Origin: Macrostomum lignano
Taxonomy: Eukaryota
Assembly: GCA_002269645.1 (NCBI GenBank)
Contig: NIVC01000010.1
Coordinates: 2,325,443-2,389,442, forward strand
Length of the DNA: 64,000 bases
Direction of reading: 5' to 3'
Position numbers and translations under genes: made by a program
The notes under the pieces: generated by a model
What the model saw: only the letters and a program-made list of their open reading frames with translations
Told to the model about the DNA's origin: nothing
The model's database searches: none
Shown: positions 11,153-24,934 of the stretch, piece by piece
Layout: each line of letters starts with the position of its first letter
How positions within the stretch are numbered: the stretch's first letter is position 1

Positions 11153-12504
11153 CATAACTCCAGTCCCACCACTCCATTTTACGGAATCCAGTCCCTTGAA
11201 TCCAGTTTCTCGAGTATTAGCTCCCTATGTCTAGTACTCCAATCGCAAAACATCTCTCAAATCCAGGCTCTCATATCAGTTCCTAAATTCGGCCCCCTCA
11301 AGTCAGCTTCCTTCCTCAAAAGTCTACATAAGTGTCAATAACCTACTTAATCTGCTCCTCAAATGTGCTTGGAAGTTCTTTTCTAGGAAATCTACAGACG
11401 GCCTGACTTCCTTATCATCTCAAAACCATTAGTTTTGCCCGTAAGATGATGCGGTAAATTTCCTGACAGGCAGGTGAGTTTCTGGCTTAGCAAAAGGATA
11501 GTGTGAAGGCTAAGGATTGATAGCCAGAAGGTCGCAGAAGCATTTATTACTCCACCACTCTTTTCTACTGAAGTGCTGAAAGCTTACTGCGTTTAATTTG
11601 ACAGTCTCAGGTGGTGATAAAGGCGAAAAAATTATTTATTCGACTCTGAAAAAACTCCTAAACCAAGAGTAGGGCGCGTTTTAAACTCAGAAATTAGCTT
11701 CTTCTACTTGTCTTTGCTTCGTCTTTCAACGGGCATTTTGACAAACGCAACCAATAATTTGATGTTTTCGAGCGGCAATGAACTCAGCGAAATTCGTCAG
11801 CAAAATCTGACGGCAAAATGCTGAAAAGCGCGCATTGAACTAATTACAGGGCTCCTTGTTGCGAAATTATAGGATAAGTAAATATCTACATCTAATAGTC
11901 GTACAGTTTCACTATCCTTCCATATAATCTTCCTTATACTTCTATTGTGATAAACAGCTGAGTTAGAACAGAGAGGATCGGCTTTGACGCACATTCAAAT
12001 TCAACGCCATAAACAAACTACGAAGTACTGAGATTGAAATGCTTTCAGCAAGACAGTTTAGAAAAAGCTGTACACACATTTTATCAAAGCATTAAGCCAG
12101 CCATATATCAATTGTTAAGCGCATCTTTCAGATCACCACTCCCCTAGGCAACGAGATGACAAGACGGGCAGGCAAATTCGGTGTGACATCCTAACCCGCG
12201 CGTTACAGTTCTTCAAGCGAAGCACTGGCTTGGTATAGCAGCATGCATGCAGAAGCGTGTAGGAGTGCAAAAACTGAGTTGCTGAGGCGTTAGGCACGAC
12301 GGGCCCCTCATTGGCTCGGAGGCTGGCTTTTGAGGTCACACTGCGACGCGAGTGTAAGAGAAGAGAGTGCGAGGGAGATAAGGACAGAAAGAGAGGCAAC
12401 CTCAGAAGCGTCACTTTAATAAACACTGGCGAATTTTCCTACCTAAAGCCATCGAATTGTCTGACTTTTGTCACCTCAATTCAAAGACTCAGCGCACATA
12501 CCTG

Positions 12505-13312
12505 ATGCCGTTGAAATCTTCGACGCCGCTGTTCCTATGGACACCAATAGCTCTAGCCTTCGTTGCTATAGTGATGCCGTTTGAGGTCGCTTCCGCGTTC
12601 ATTCCGATCAGGGAGCCTGCCAACGTTACCGCTCTAGTGCTGGCTTCAGACTACAATACTCAACTAGAGGTGATGAGTCCGATTCAACTGCTCAAACCAG
12701 TGTTTCAAGTGGCCAAGCAGCATCAAGTGGTGCGCCGAGCACTGGCTGATCGAATCAATTTGCAAGAGGTCTACGTTGACTTCGGCTGCGAGCACAACGT
12801 GTCGCTGAAACAGATTATCAATTTAACTTGCGCCCAGAGAAGCAGCGGTAGGGAAACTTCCACTGAGCCGCGGTTCATTGTCGGAGTACCTTGTTCATAT
12901 CCGATGAACAATGTCCAGCAGTACATGCTGCAGCCTACGGATGCCGTAGTATCTACGGGAGCAATTTCTAGTAATCTGGTCAACATGAAGCAGACTATTC
13001 GTATTGGAACTACCGCCGACGAGATCTACAAAGCGTTGCGCGCTTTCATTCGGAATCTGGGCCGGTGGAGAGGGATGTTCTACGTCACGATGAACAACGT
13101 GATGACAAAGCGACGGCCGCATTACTATCTGGACTTTGTGCAGTGCAAACTCATCCAGCAGGCTCTGGATCATCATTTGAAACTCGAGCCAAGCTTCCGA
13201 TACGAGTATGTCTACGTTGACTCGCTGATCGAGGAGGGCCGGCAGAACGATTCCAGCACATCGTCGCTCTATCGGCGAATTCTGCACGAACGCGTGTCCA
13301 CCAAGTTTTCCG
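12505..13312 (+). CDS. Receptor guanylyl cyclase variable cassette B: single exon with signal peptide and divergent ANF-receptor N-terminal ectodomain (269 aa)
   Basis: ATG 12505; hydrophobic leader (LFLWTPIALAFVAIVM); family-pattern DFGC, FIVGVPCSY, VVSTGA, TIRIG, LGRWRGM, QCKLI. Donor ttt tcc g|gtaaga (phase 1). Confidence 0.72.
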
Positions 13313-14802
13313 GTAAGAATAGAAGAACCTTGGACCTGTTTTTGTGAGCCTTTTCTCTTTTGTCGCTCAGACAGAAAAGATAATAGATGGATAGATAGGA
13401 AGCGACCAATATTGGGGACAGTGCTTGGGTTCGCTATCGTGCAACATTGATTTCTTAATTTCCTGTAGCTTTCCCCCCCTACGGCTCCCGCTAAGGGGGG
13501 GGGGGTAGAGGAGCGGATGGCCCTCTGTTGAAGAGACTAGATGCCTAGGGTCGGCGTGGTGAAAGCGAGATAGAAATAGCAGCAGCGGGAAAGTACTTGG
13601 ATGAGGCCAGACGTCAAGCATAATAGAGCTCAGCTATAAAAGAAGTATTGACTTTATCAGCTCCAACAGAAGCATACATGTGCCCAAGCAATACAATAGC
13701 TATCTAGTTTATTACATTAGCAACTTGAGCACATTGCAAAGCCCGCGCGACAATGAGCTCATTGACCACCTGTTCCATTTTGCAATCCGGGGATGCTAGA
13801 GCGAAAGAATTGACTAGTTGGATGTGGAGATCGCAGCACGCAAGTATTCCCCCCGCCAGCTGGAGACTTCTGGAGACTGCAAGCCGAGATTCATTCTGTC
13901 ATTAGCAGGGTGGTGCAGTTTTTCTTGCAGCTGTTTTTGAGATTCTGCGAGCCAGTCAGCTGCATCTGTAATTACGCGTATGATGACGCACGTCAGCAAC
14001 ACAACTGACGAAATTTTTGAACGATTCCACGAGAAATTCTCAGATCAGGGGGGGGGGGCAGAGAAAAAGGCAGTATGTGTATGCAATGATTGTGGGAATT
14101 GCACTACGAGAGTAGCCAGAGATTTCCTTTCTCAGACATTGATCATTGTCAATGAATGTGATTACCGAACCAGTGGCTACCTAAGCCACTAACTAAATGT
14201 AGCAAATTGTATATAATTAATTAAATTTATATTGATTTGGATTTGGCTACTTAGTTTATTGGCTATCTTATCAGTTTGGCCAATTCAGATTGCGTACGAG
14301 TATGAGCTGTCAGAATCTCGTCAAAAATGTTGCACAGAGGCTGATCTACTTTATTGTCATTCCCCCCGCGCGACAAACAACAAGCTGCAGACCTGTTCGC
14401 CCGCTTCAGCTTATTTTTACACTAATAACTAATTTTGTATTCTACGACGAGAGTCGCAACCCAAACCTTAAACCCAAGCGCATCTAGTCAAAGATTGCGG
14501 CGATCTTGTCTTATGCACGTCTAGGCTTACTTAGACTGGTTTAATTATGTGCAAAACTATAAGTACTACTATAAAGGTAAATATGGAAAGAAGCAGTCAA
14601 TATCGATTTTTATTGGACCGCGTATTAGCCTTCATCCACTGTAAGTGGGCTGTATTGATTCAGTAAAGTCTTCTAGACCAGTCGCAAAAAAGTGCGTGAC
14701 CAGGTGGACCCCCGTGCACCTGAACGCTCGATCATCCCACAAAACTTTTCTTTACAAGACAATAAAACTTTACACCCTTGACACCACTTAAGCTCTGACA
14801 CC

Positions 14803-15605
14803 CAGTTAGACGCAACCTCTCACATCCAGTTTGACGCAACCTCTCGCATCCAGTTTGACGCAACCTCTCACATCCAGTTTGACGCAACCTCTCGCATCCA
14901 GTTTGACGCAACCTCTCGCATCCAGTTTGACGCAACCTCTCGCATCCAGTTTGACGCAATCTCTCGCATCCAGTTTGACGCAACCTCTCACATCCAGTTT
15001 GACGCAACCTCTCACATCCAGTTTGACGCAACCTCTCACATCCAGTTTGACGCAACCTCTCACATCCAGTTTGACGCAACCTCTCACATCCAGTTTGACG
15101 CAACCTCTCGCATCCAGTTTAACACAACCTCTCACATCCAGTTTGACGCAACCTCTCACATCCAGTTTGACGCAACCTCTCACATCCAGTTTGACGCAAC
15201 CTCTCACATCCAGTTTGACGCAACCTCTCACATACAGTTTGACGCAGCCTCTCACATTCAGTTTGACGCAACCTCTCACATCCAGTTTGACGCAACCTCT
15301 CACATGCAGTTTGACGCAGCCTCTCACATTCAGTTTGACGCAACCTCTCACATCCAGTTTGACGCAACCTCTCACATCCAGTTTGACGCAACCTCTCACA
15401 TCCAGTTTGACGCAACCTCTCGCATCCAGTTTGACGCAACCTCTCGCATCCAGTTTGACGCAACCTCTCACATGCAGTTTGACGCAACCTCTCACATCCA
15501 GTTTGACGCAACCTCTCACATCCAGTTTGACGCAACCTCTCACATCCAGTTTGACGCAACCTCTCACATCCAGTTTGACGCAACCTCTCACATTCAGCTT
15601 GATGC
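14803..15605. repeat. 24-bp minisatellite (GACGCAACCTCTCACATCCAGTTT)n
   Basis: Directly visible tandem array. Confidence 0.95.
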
Positions 15606-16218
15606 AACCTCGTTTTGTATAACGAGTATAATCGTTTTGTTAAAATTTTCATGTCGGACGACAAAATTTTTCCAGTTAAAAAATTTAACGACTAATTCTG
15701 TGACCTAAAAACTGCCAAACGCTTTTTTATTAGGTTCATTTCTTGCTAACCATTTGATACTGTAAGCAAAGCTAGCACAGCCATAATAATCACGGGGTCC
15801 TATTTGTTGGATAATTGCTTCAAAAAATATTGATTGCAAGTCCTCAGAAAGCGTTTACGTTTTGTTTCGGACTATAAATCTCGTTATTTGATATGTACCC
15901 TAGAATCTTGCTAAACTGTAGAAGATTTGAGCTGAGCTTGTTCCTGCTCTGTTGCTTGAAAGAGGAACCTAAAACAGAGAAATTAGCCAGAGTGTATCAG
16001 TTCAATAGCAAGCTGCGATATTCTTTGCAGTTTCTGTCTTCACAAGAACAAATTTTCTGAAACAATATGTTAATAATAATATTAAATGCTCGATTTTTAT
16101 AATTTTAGTAAATTGCTTCAACTTTTTTGTCCGTAAACTAACGTTATTTCATCACTGGGTAGCGCATCTGAGGGCTGCGTACGGCTGTTCAGTCCAAGGA
16201 CTGGGGGGGGGGGTCGCC

Positions 16219-16390
16219 ACACACACCCACAATTACCCCAGCTAATGCTGGCACCCATTTTATAGCTGGGTGAACTGAAAGCCATTATGTAGAGTTAAGT
16301 GTCTGGCTCAAGGACTCAAATTGTTTCACTGGGATCGGAAATCGAACCCCTGACCTTTAAGTCGTGAGTCCGACGCTCTAACCGCTCTAT
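16219..16390 (-). mobile_element. tRNA-derived SINE family 1, copy with intact head
   Basis: Minus strand reads tagagcggttagagcgtcggactcacgacttaaaggtcaggggttcgatttcc (A- and B-box-like), then ccttgagccagacactt..cacccagctataaaatgggtgccagcattagctggggtaattg, matching 9235-9390. Confidence 0.75.
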
Positions 16391-16818
16391 TGATTTTAGC
16401 ATATAACAAATATTATTGTAGTGAGCCACTAGAATAACTGTTAGGTGTCTCACTCTAGTCAGCAGCTTCTTTGCCCTCGCTCTGAACTTTTGTCTACCAC
16501 TGAGGGCAGATTTCCTTTTCCCCCCTGCCTGCCCCACCCCTTACTTGTAATTTTTACAGCCGCCTGGACAGCTTGGCCTGTGGCCTGCTTCTGCGTTCAG
16601 CGGTCACTGGTGGCTTCACTAGTGGCTCGCCTTTTCACCTTTACCTTGTCACATGACACTAGTCACTAGTCACATAACCAGCCGAACTCACGTGCTCCGG
16701 CACCCTTGCTTTTTATTCGGCAAACATTGACGTCAGTTGCTAAAAATAGATCTCACGTGAATTCCTCACGCTTTCCTATTTCTTCCTATAAAGTAAAAGT
16801 CCTATATTTCTTCTTTCA

Positions 16819-17175
16819 AGAGTTTCTGAGATGCCATGGCTCAAGTAGGGAGTTGCTGAGATGCCATGGCTCAAGTAGGGAGTTGCTGAGATGCCATGGC
16901 TCAAGTAGAGAGTTGCTGAGATGCCATGGCTCAAGTGAGGAGTTGCTGAGATGCCATGGCTCAAGTAGAGAGTTGGTGAGATGCCATGGCTCAATGGGGA
17001 GTTGCTGAGATGCCATGGTTCAAGTAGAGAGTTGGTGAGATGCCATGGCTCAAGTAGAGAGTTGGTGAGATGCCATGGCTCAATGGGGAGTTGCTGAGAT
17101 GCCATGGTTCAAGTAGAGAGTTGGTGAGATGCCATGGCTCAAGTAGAGAGTTTCTGAGATGCCATGGCTCAATGA
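16819..17175. repeat. 30-bp minisatellite (GAGATGCCATGGCTCAAGTAGAGAGTTGCT)n
   Basis: Directly visible, about 12 units. Confidence 0.93.
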
Positions 17176-17811
17176 GGGAAAGCTGACATCCTAAGCTGCA
17201 AGGCTTAATAGTAAGGATAGCTAAACTAAAAGCTACACAAATCTAAATATGCGAGCATATCATCAATAGTTATGTAAAAACGGCTAGTTAAGTTTCCAGT
17301 TTTCAATGTTACTCCTTTATTAGGTGACTAAGTAATGGACATTGAGATAAATAATAGTTCATTGGTATAAACGGAGTATATTTCTTTTCCAAGACACATC
17401 TTGCTGCCAAAAATGACCTTCGTAGCCATAGTTCACACAAATGGTGGCTGCTAACATTGCATATGGTATAGTATATACCATATAGCTATTTCTAGTGGTC
17501 CTTAGGAGAGAGTCGAGAGCGACAGATTGAACTATTAGACTCAAAAAAGTCTCAAGCATTGGGGGGTAGATGAGATTTCTATTTGGCAGTCAGTCCGGTC
17601 CCCCCCCCCAAGAGAGGCTGATGAATCGATTTCGTGACTGCCCACCCCTCTTCGTTACTCAATTGGTCTGGGCTTGGCTCCGAGATGAAAATTGTTGTCG
17701 CTAAGAGAGTGCAAGTTCTTGTAACTATGCAGGATTAGACATATTGTTCTGATTAGAGTTCTTAACCTATTTTTAATGTTGATAGCTATGTCACGATAGC
17801 CATATTTTATT

Positions 17812-18160
17812 GGAGTGATATTTAGTCGGAGTGACATTTGGTCGGAGTGACATTTGGTCGGAGTGACATTTGGTCGGAGTGACATTTGGTCGGAGTGACA
17901 TTTGGTCGGAGTGACATTTGGTCGGAGTGACATTTGGTCGGAGTGACATTTGGTCGGAGTGACATTTGGTCGGACTGACATTTGGTCGGAGTGACATTTG
18001 GTCGGAGTGACATTTGGTCGGAGTGACATTTGGTCGGAGTGACATTTGGTCGGAGTGACATTTGGTCGGAGTGACATTTGGTCGGAGTGACATTTGGTCG
18101 GAGTGACATTTGGTCGGAGTGACATTTGGTCGGAGTGACATTTGGTCGGAGTGAAATTTG
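17812..18160. repeat. 16-bp minisatellite (TTTGGTCGGAGTGACA)n
   Basis: Directly visible, about 21 units. Confidence 0.95.
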
Positions 18161-19470
18161 AGCTACTGTATGTCTGGTTGTGGCAATTTTTAGAGCACTA
18201 AGGAATAAACCATATTCTTCTGGAGCCTTATCAGTAGTGATATAAAACCTTCATCATAATATTGATCTCATAATTCGCTAATTTCTATTTGCTAGATGTT
18301 ACGTGACAGAAGTGATCAGAGGCGCGATTGAAGCTGAAGCTCATAGAAAAAAACTGCGAGTATAGTAGCATTGCGTCTGTCAGTCAGCTTCCTGACCTGT
18401 CCCGTGTCAACTCGATTCCCCCACCTCTGTCAGCCAAATCATCTGGCATTTATAGATATTATTGTGATTATTTAGACAATTGGGGCTACATTTGTGTATA
18501 AAAGAAGCCTGTGCTTTGATCCAATTTCCTAGCTATGCAGAGAAATGGTTAATATTACAAGATAATTTTGTAGGGCTCAGAGAATACTACGAGAATACTA
18601 TAAGGTGTACAAGCTAGAATGGCTGGTTGACACTCTCCACAAGGGTGTACAGTTTTACATAGTGTCAACTTTCGGCCACGCATGCTCCAGACGGCATGGC
18701 ATGCATTCAGATAATATTTGACAAATGTTCCAATCTTTAATTGGCATATACGAGTGCTACTATAAGTTATTAAATAAACAATTTACAAGCTTGTGCCTAG
18801 AGCGTGAGTTCACGGTTAGCGAGAAGGATTATAGCAAGATGAGGATTCCTTGTTGGTTCTTCTTTCTTCTTGCCAGCTCTCCATTCTACTGCCCGTTTTA
18901 CATGTAGCTGGCAGTTTACAATATCAAAAACATTGTACTCTAGCTTGTCCGCTTAGGTTTATATTTTTCGACCAACTTTGACGTGAAGTCAGACCATGAG
19001 AAAGTTATGCAGTTGTACATCCCTATGTGACTGGTGGAAGCTCCACGCTTGTAGCCTTTCACCTTGGTGCTATTTTGTGAACACTGTTTCATGCTAGAAG
19101 AAACCAGTTTCTTGTTAGCCCCCAATTGACTGACATTGACTTCTCCCATGTGCCTCGGTTTGTTTAGCAAGATTCTCCAGTTCATCCAAAGTTTCGCAAT
19201 ATCACCCAGCATGAGCTTTAGCCGTTATTTCTATTTGCTGCTACTGAAACCTCTTTGGATGGGATGTCTATCAATGGAGGCATCATTGAAGAGTTAATTT
19301 TCTCAAGAAGACAGTGATGTCCTTTCCAAACTAAGAATTTTTTTCAGATTTAAATTCTTTCTTTCACCTTAAGACCGAACCGTAAATGATTGACTGTCCG
19401 AGTATCTATCGAAAAAATATGTAAGATAGTAAGCGAGTAAGAGAGAGAGAGAGACTAAGTAAGGAGACTA

Positions 19471-20293
19471 GGGGCCGATTTCATGAAGCATTTCAAGCCG
19501 TTTTTGCCGTTCTTTTGGCCATAGACAACACAGGTTTAGCTTGAGCACTATCGAAGGGTCCCACTTTTATCAATGACAAGTCTACAAGTGGCCTAAGCTT
19601 TTGTCAACAGTCTACTTAGATAGAGAAACAAACACATCGCTAGCATACTGTAGCGTTCCTCTGTCCAGTGCGGATCATCAAAGAAAGAATCAACTTTCAG
19701 CCTCGTGGCATTCCGGCTTTCATCTGATCAATTTGAAGATTTGTGTCTTTCATTTTAGGCTTAACCACTAGCCTCCCATGCCTATTTTTGCTCACACCAG
19801 TTACCTCCCACAGCAGCTCTGCTGCCATAGAGTGCTCAAGCAGCAGTTTAAAAAGCTTGAGGCACGTCCATGGAGGAAAGAATAGAATTACATTAGCTCA
19901 GATTAGCACTCCATTCTATTCTTTCCTCCATGGGCACGTCTCACTCCCTGCCAACGGGCAACTCGTGGTTAAAGAGATACAGAATGAAAGGAGCCAAACA
20001 AAATAGCACTTATCATTTAAGCACTAATCATTTATAATCAAAAGCTTCATGAAAGCCCAAGAGAGTTCAAAATTCTATGGTTCAAAGCCAAAGTTTATAG
20101 CCTTGAAAGGCCTAGACCTTTGTAAGACCTAGGTCGACCCATAGACTGCGCAACTATAGGGTCCTATTTTTAAACTTGAAAAGTGGTTGCAAAATTCTCA
20201 TGAAACTGAAATCGCTGTCACTTATCACTTGTCACTTGTAATTTATTGTCAATTTGTCACTGTCACTTGTACTTGCCTCATGAACTCGGCCCC
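19471..20293. mobile_element. ~820-bp non-coding TIR element (MITE, possibly PIF/Harbinger-like)
   Basis: Left ggggccgatttcatgaagca versus reverse complement of right end ggggccgagttcatgaggca, 18/20 match; no clear TSD; no coding similarity seen inside. Confidence 0.55.
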
Positions 20294-21582
20294 ATGTACG
20301 AGTATTCCGTGAAATCTCTTTATTTTCTATTTCTGCAGACAGTGTCAAAAGATAAACTTAACGTATAACGTGAAAGTATCCAATTTTAGCTTTCCTTTGT
20401 TAAGCAAACGGAAATGCTATATTTTACTTTAACTATAAAGAGTTCACAGAAGCAACCAACTATAGCACATTGAAAAGTGCATAGTTTTTTTTTGCAAAAA
20501 ATCGCCTTCACATGCCTTCGTCTGTAAGCCTGTCTAAGAACAATGCTGTGATTTTTGTGATCTTCCTTTTGTCGGTCGGCCAATATTGAATTTCCAAATA
20601 GTAGAACAATCAAGGGGCAGATACGCTTCTAGAATTTTTAGGGTCAACAAGTGCAACTTCTAAGCTTTGTCAGACGGGAATTCCGTAGGATAAAAATATG
20701 TTCAACACGGCTCAACAAGGACTGAAAGGTTAAACGCCGTCTTTAACTTTCTGTGCCTTGAGAGAGTTGGCTCTTATGAATTTGAAATCGATTGACAAAT
20801 ATGAATTCCTGGGATCGAGGGACTTCAAGCCGCAAATTGTTCTGAAATTTTTCCTGAGCAAATGTTTTAAAAACACGCGGCTATACATGTAGCTAGATAT
20901 GGTAAAAATCAATTACTCGTAATAGAAGAAATACAAAAGACCATGCAGTACCAAAGTTAAAGCAACCTATTAATATTGTACGCGAACTCAGCCTAACACC
21001 AGCTGAGACCTCGATTTTTAATTCCAAGTTCCATCATTTATAAATGAGTGTGAAATATCGATTTTTTTCTTGTGCTCTACCGGTATTCAAAAAGCGAGAA
21101 CTACTCGTAAAATAGATTTTTTCAATGTCAACTATTCGTTTCAGTTTTAAGCAGGTTTTCTATACTAACAACTTCTAATACGAGTACAAGAGAAGTTATA
21201 TGAAATGGATGTGCAAGATTTGATAGTTTTATTAAGCTTACGGCTCAGTTCCTGTAGCTTAGTTTTTTTGCACTCATAGGGAACGAAAAACAAATTTTAA
21301 CTTGACCTCAGTTATCGCATTCATTCAGTGCTTAGCTTTAAAATGAAGATCTATGACAGTTGCGCTATTATGATGCATTTGTGAGTATGAGATCCGGCAA
21401 ACTTTTACTGGGCTTCAGACTCGAAATTCGAAAAAGCCTAAGCAAGAAAGTAAAGGAGCCTAAAAGGTTTTCATCACAATACGCCTTTAGAATGGCTTGA
21501 GTACGACTTTGAAGCATGATTTCTTTAGCACTACTCTGTGCTGCCTCTGGGCTCTTAATCTAGGTATCTATCTGCTCGTATT

Positions 21583-21992
<410 letters not shown>

Positions 21993-22747
21993 ATCTGGTC
22001 TAATTAATTTGAATCACTAAACATTCTGTACTACCTACTATCTGAGTAGCATTCCATGAAAGATGATCAGTTTTCAGTCCTTTCAAATAAAAACAGACTG
22101 AAGATCTGTCTCGAGCCGCAAGCAGGCAAAGCTGCAGGAGATTAACTCGCAAGTAGTTTTCCTTCTTTACTTTTCTATTCATGACGCAAGCAGGTGAGGG
22201 CCTCGAGCAAAGCTTTGAGGCTCCCGGCCTGCCTGGCCAAGTAGAAAATTGCGTCGCAAGAAAAGTAGACGAGAGGGGCAGCAGAGTCCCGATGTAACGA
22301 TTTGTGCAAACTCTGCCTGTCTGTCCCGCCTTACCCCCTCATTTCACACGGGTCTCATCAGCCGCCATCTGCTCACCTGCGCTTCGACAGACGGACTAGC
22401 GGCATGTTGCCTCGTCAGTGTTTTTTCCTGGGAGGATTGACCCGTCAGAGACTGAGCAGCCCTCGGGGGTGGGGGGTCGCCTCGCTTGGGCAACTTGCGC
22501 CACGCAAAAAATATGAAACAAAAGCAAAAGAAATGATGATTGCAGGCCTGACAGAGGCAATTATGGCTAAAGATGTAGAAGAAGGGATGATTAGGAAAAA
22601 TGAGGACTTGAGTAGTTAACTATGTTCACTAGATTAAGCTGTAGTTTCTACAAGTATTGATCAAATATATGGAATAACTTTTCATGGACTTGATTATTCA
22701 AACAAATCAAATAATTTAACTTCACTAATGAATTTATTACTTGTACT

Positions 22748-23695
22748 AGCATGGAAATAGAATGGATAGATAATGGAAATAGAATGAATAGATAATGGAA
22801 ATAGAATAAATATAGAAAATGGAAGAAGAGAGGATAGATCATGGAAATAGAACAGATATATCATGGAAATAGAATGTAGAGATCATGGAATAGAATGGAT
22901 AGATCATGGAAATAGAATGGATAGATCATGGAAATAGAATGTAGAGATCATGGAATAGAATGGATAGATCATGGAAATAGATTGGATAGATCATGGAAAT
23001 AGAACAGATATATCATGGAAATAGAACAGATATATCATGGAAATAGAATGTAGAGATCATGGAATAGAACAAATATATCATGGAAATAGAACAGATATAT
23101 CATGGAAATAGAATGTAGAGATCATGGAATAGAATGGATAGATCATGGAAATAGAATGGAAATATTATGGAAATAGAATGGATAGATCATGGAAATAGAA
23201 TGGATAGATCATGGAAATAGATTGGATAGATCATGGAAATACAATGGATAGATCATGGAAATAGATTGGATAGATCATGGAAATAGATTGGATAGATCAT
23301 GGAAATAGAATGGATAGATCATGGAAATAGATTGGATAGATCATGGAAATAGAATGGATAGATCATGGAAATAGATTGGATAGATCATGGAAGTAGAATG
23401 GATAGATCATGGAAATAGAATGGATAGATCATGGAAATAGAATGGAAAGATCATGGAAATAGAATGGATATGGATCATGGAAATAGAATGGATAGATCAT
23501 GGAAATAGAATGGATAGATCATGGAAATAGATTGGATAGATCATGGAAATAGAATGGAAAGATCATGGAAATAGAATGGATATGGATCATGGAAATAGAA
23601 TGGATAGATCATGGAAATAGAATGGATAGATCATGGAAATAGATTGGATAGATCATGGAAATAGAATGGATAGATCATGGAAATAGAACGGATAT
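22748..23695. repeat. 22-bp minisatellite (ATCATGGAAATAGAATGGATAG)n
   Basis: Directly visible with variant units. Confidence 0.95.
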
Positions 23696-24454
23696 CAACT
23701 TACATTAATAATAAATTAGCCAAGTTTCTAGCTAAAAGGAACCATTTCCTCGACATATATTACTTTAAGTACCTATCCATAAACCAAAAATCTAGCTAAA
23801 AAATTGCTTAAGCATTCTAACAATTTATGCCACTATTTGAAGGCCTGGCAGTTGAAATCGCTGTCAGGAGATAAGCTGCTGATAGATCAGGAAATTGAGC
23901 CGCAAGAGGAAAGATATTAAATATTGATTTTTGTCAGTAGCAAAATTCTTAGATTAAAATCTCCTCTTTTTGAACAAAAAAATCTTTCTTCACCAGCTAT
24001 TCAAAGAGATTCAAGGAACCGATTCGGCGGAAAAGTGCAACCCAGCTGGAGTCAGTATTGATCCTCACTTGATGCTGGGGTCCCCCTGCCTCCCCTATTT
24101 GACTTCCGTTTCAGATAAAATCCCCTACCTTGCATAATTGCAGCCCTGACAGATCAGTTCTGTTAGCCAGTTGATAATAAATTTTCTATCTCACCTCAAC
24201 TGTACAGGGAATTAACAGCAGGGCAGCACCCGTATTATTAGCATAGCAACCCAATCCCCATTGGTCACATACTCTGTTAGCCAATCCAGCCTTACAACAA
24301 AACCGATCAAGCGCAATACTTTGCCAACAAACCTCTAGCTAAACGTCGCGCGCCGCGTGCCCACAGGGACAAAATTTTACATGCATATTCGACAATATTG
24401 AAACTTCAAAAAACAACAAATACACTAAAATAAATACTAACAAGCAACATTGAA

Positions 24455-24804
24455 ATGCATTCTGAGCTCACGGTGGCAGTTGGAATCTTTGCAATCATGG
24501 CTGTCAATCAATTTCAATTTGCTGTCGCTATTAAGCCGAAATTTCGACTGCTAGCTTTGCTGCCGTTCAACACGACGCATCAGTTCCGGGCCGAACTCAT
24601 CCAGCCAAGTGTACCATTCGCTTTGGAGACTTTGAGAAGACTGAAACTCACTGAGCAGTTCGATTTGCAGATTAGCTTTGTGAACTCGACCTGCTCAAAT
24701 CTTGCCGCACTGCCAGCCATGGAGCACCTGTACAGAGACGCCGTTGATGGATTTGTTGGTTTAGGATGTCCTGAGAGTTCGAGTCAGATTGTGCAGTTCT
24801 CTGG
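24455..24804 (+). CDS. Receptor guanylyl cyclase variable cassette C, exon 1 (signal peptide and start of ANF-receptor domain)
   Basis: ATG 24455, hydrophobic leader, FRLLALLP..IQPSVPFAL..NSTCS..VDGFVGLGC (family pattern). Donor tct gg|gtaagt (phase 2). Confidence 0.8.
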
Positions 24805-24934
24805 GTAAGTGTATCATGTTTTCTGTATTCATGTTCTTTTAAAGCGTTTTTATTGATTTGCGCTTTTTAAAATTATTTTTAATGGCTATATTTGTTTACA
24901 TAACCTAACGTCTGAATAATAGATCTTGCGCCCT

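Noticed and set aside
9734-11177. Long repetitive ORFs on both strands (SPVSQVQSPKSSLP / GDWTWETGLGRLDL)
   Set aside because: Artefacts of a stop-free 14-bp minisatellite, open in several frames at once. The same applies to ORFs at 475-816, 5537-6728, 14732-15708, 17655-18141, 21497-22003, 25040-26971 and 36008-36700.
14232-14432. Short ORF with a hydrophobic N-terminus as a fifth cassette
   Set aside because: TTG start, no ANF-receptor motifs and no phase-1 donor at the shared register.
16330-16390. tRNA gene, and likewise at 54723-54790
   Set aside because: A- and B-box-like motifs are present, but there is no convincing acceptor stem and the sequence continues into a dispersed repeat body; treated as SINE heads.
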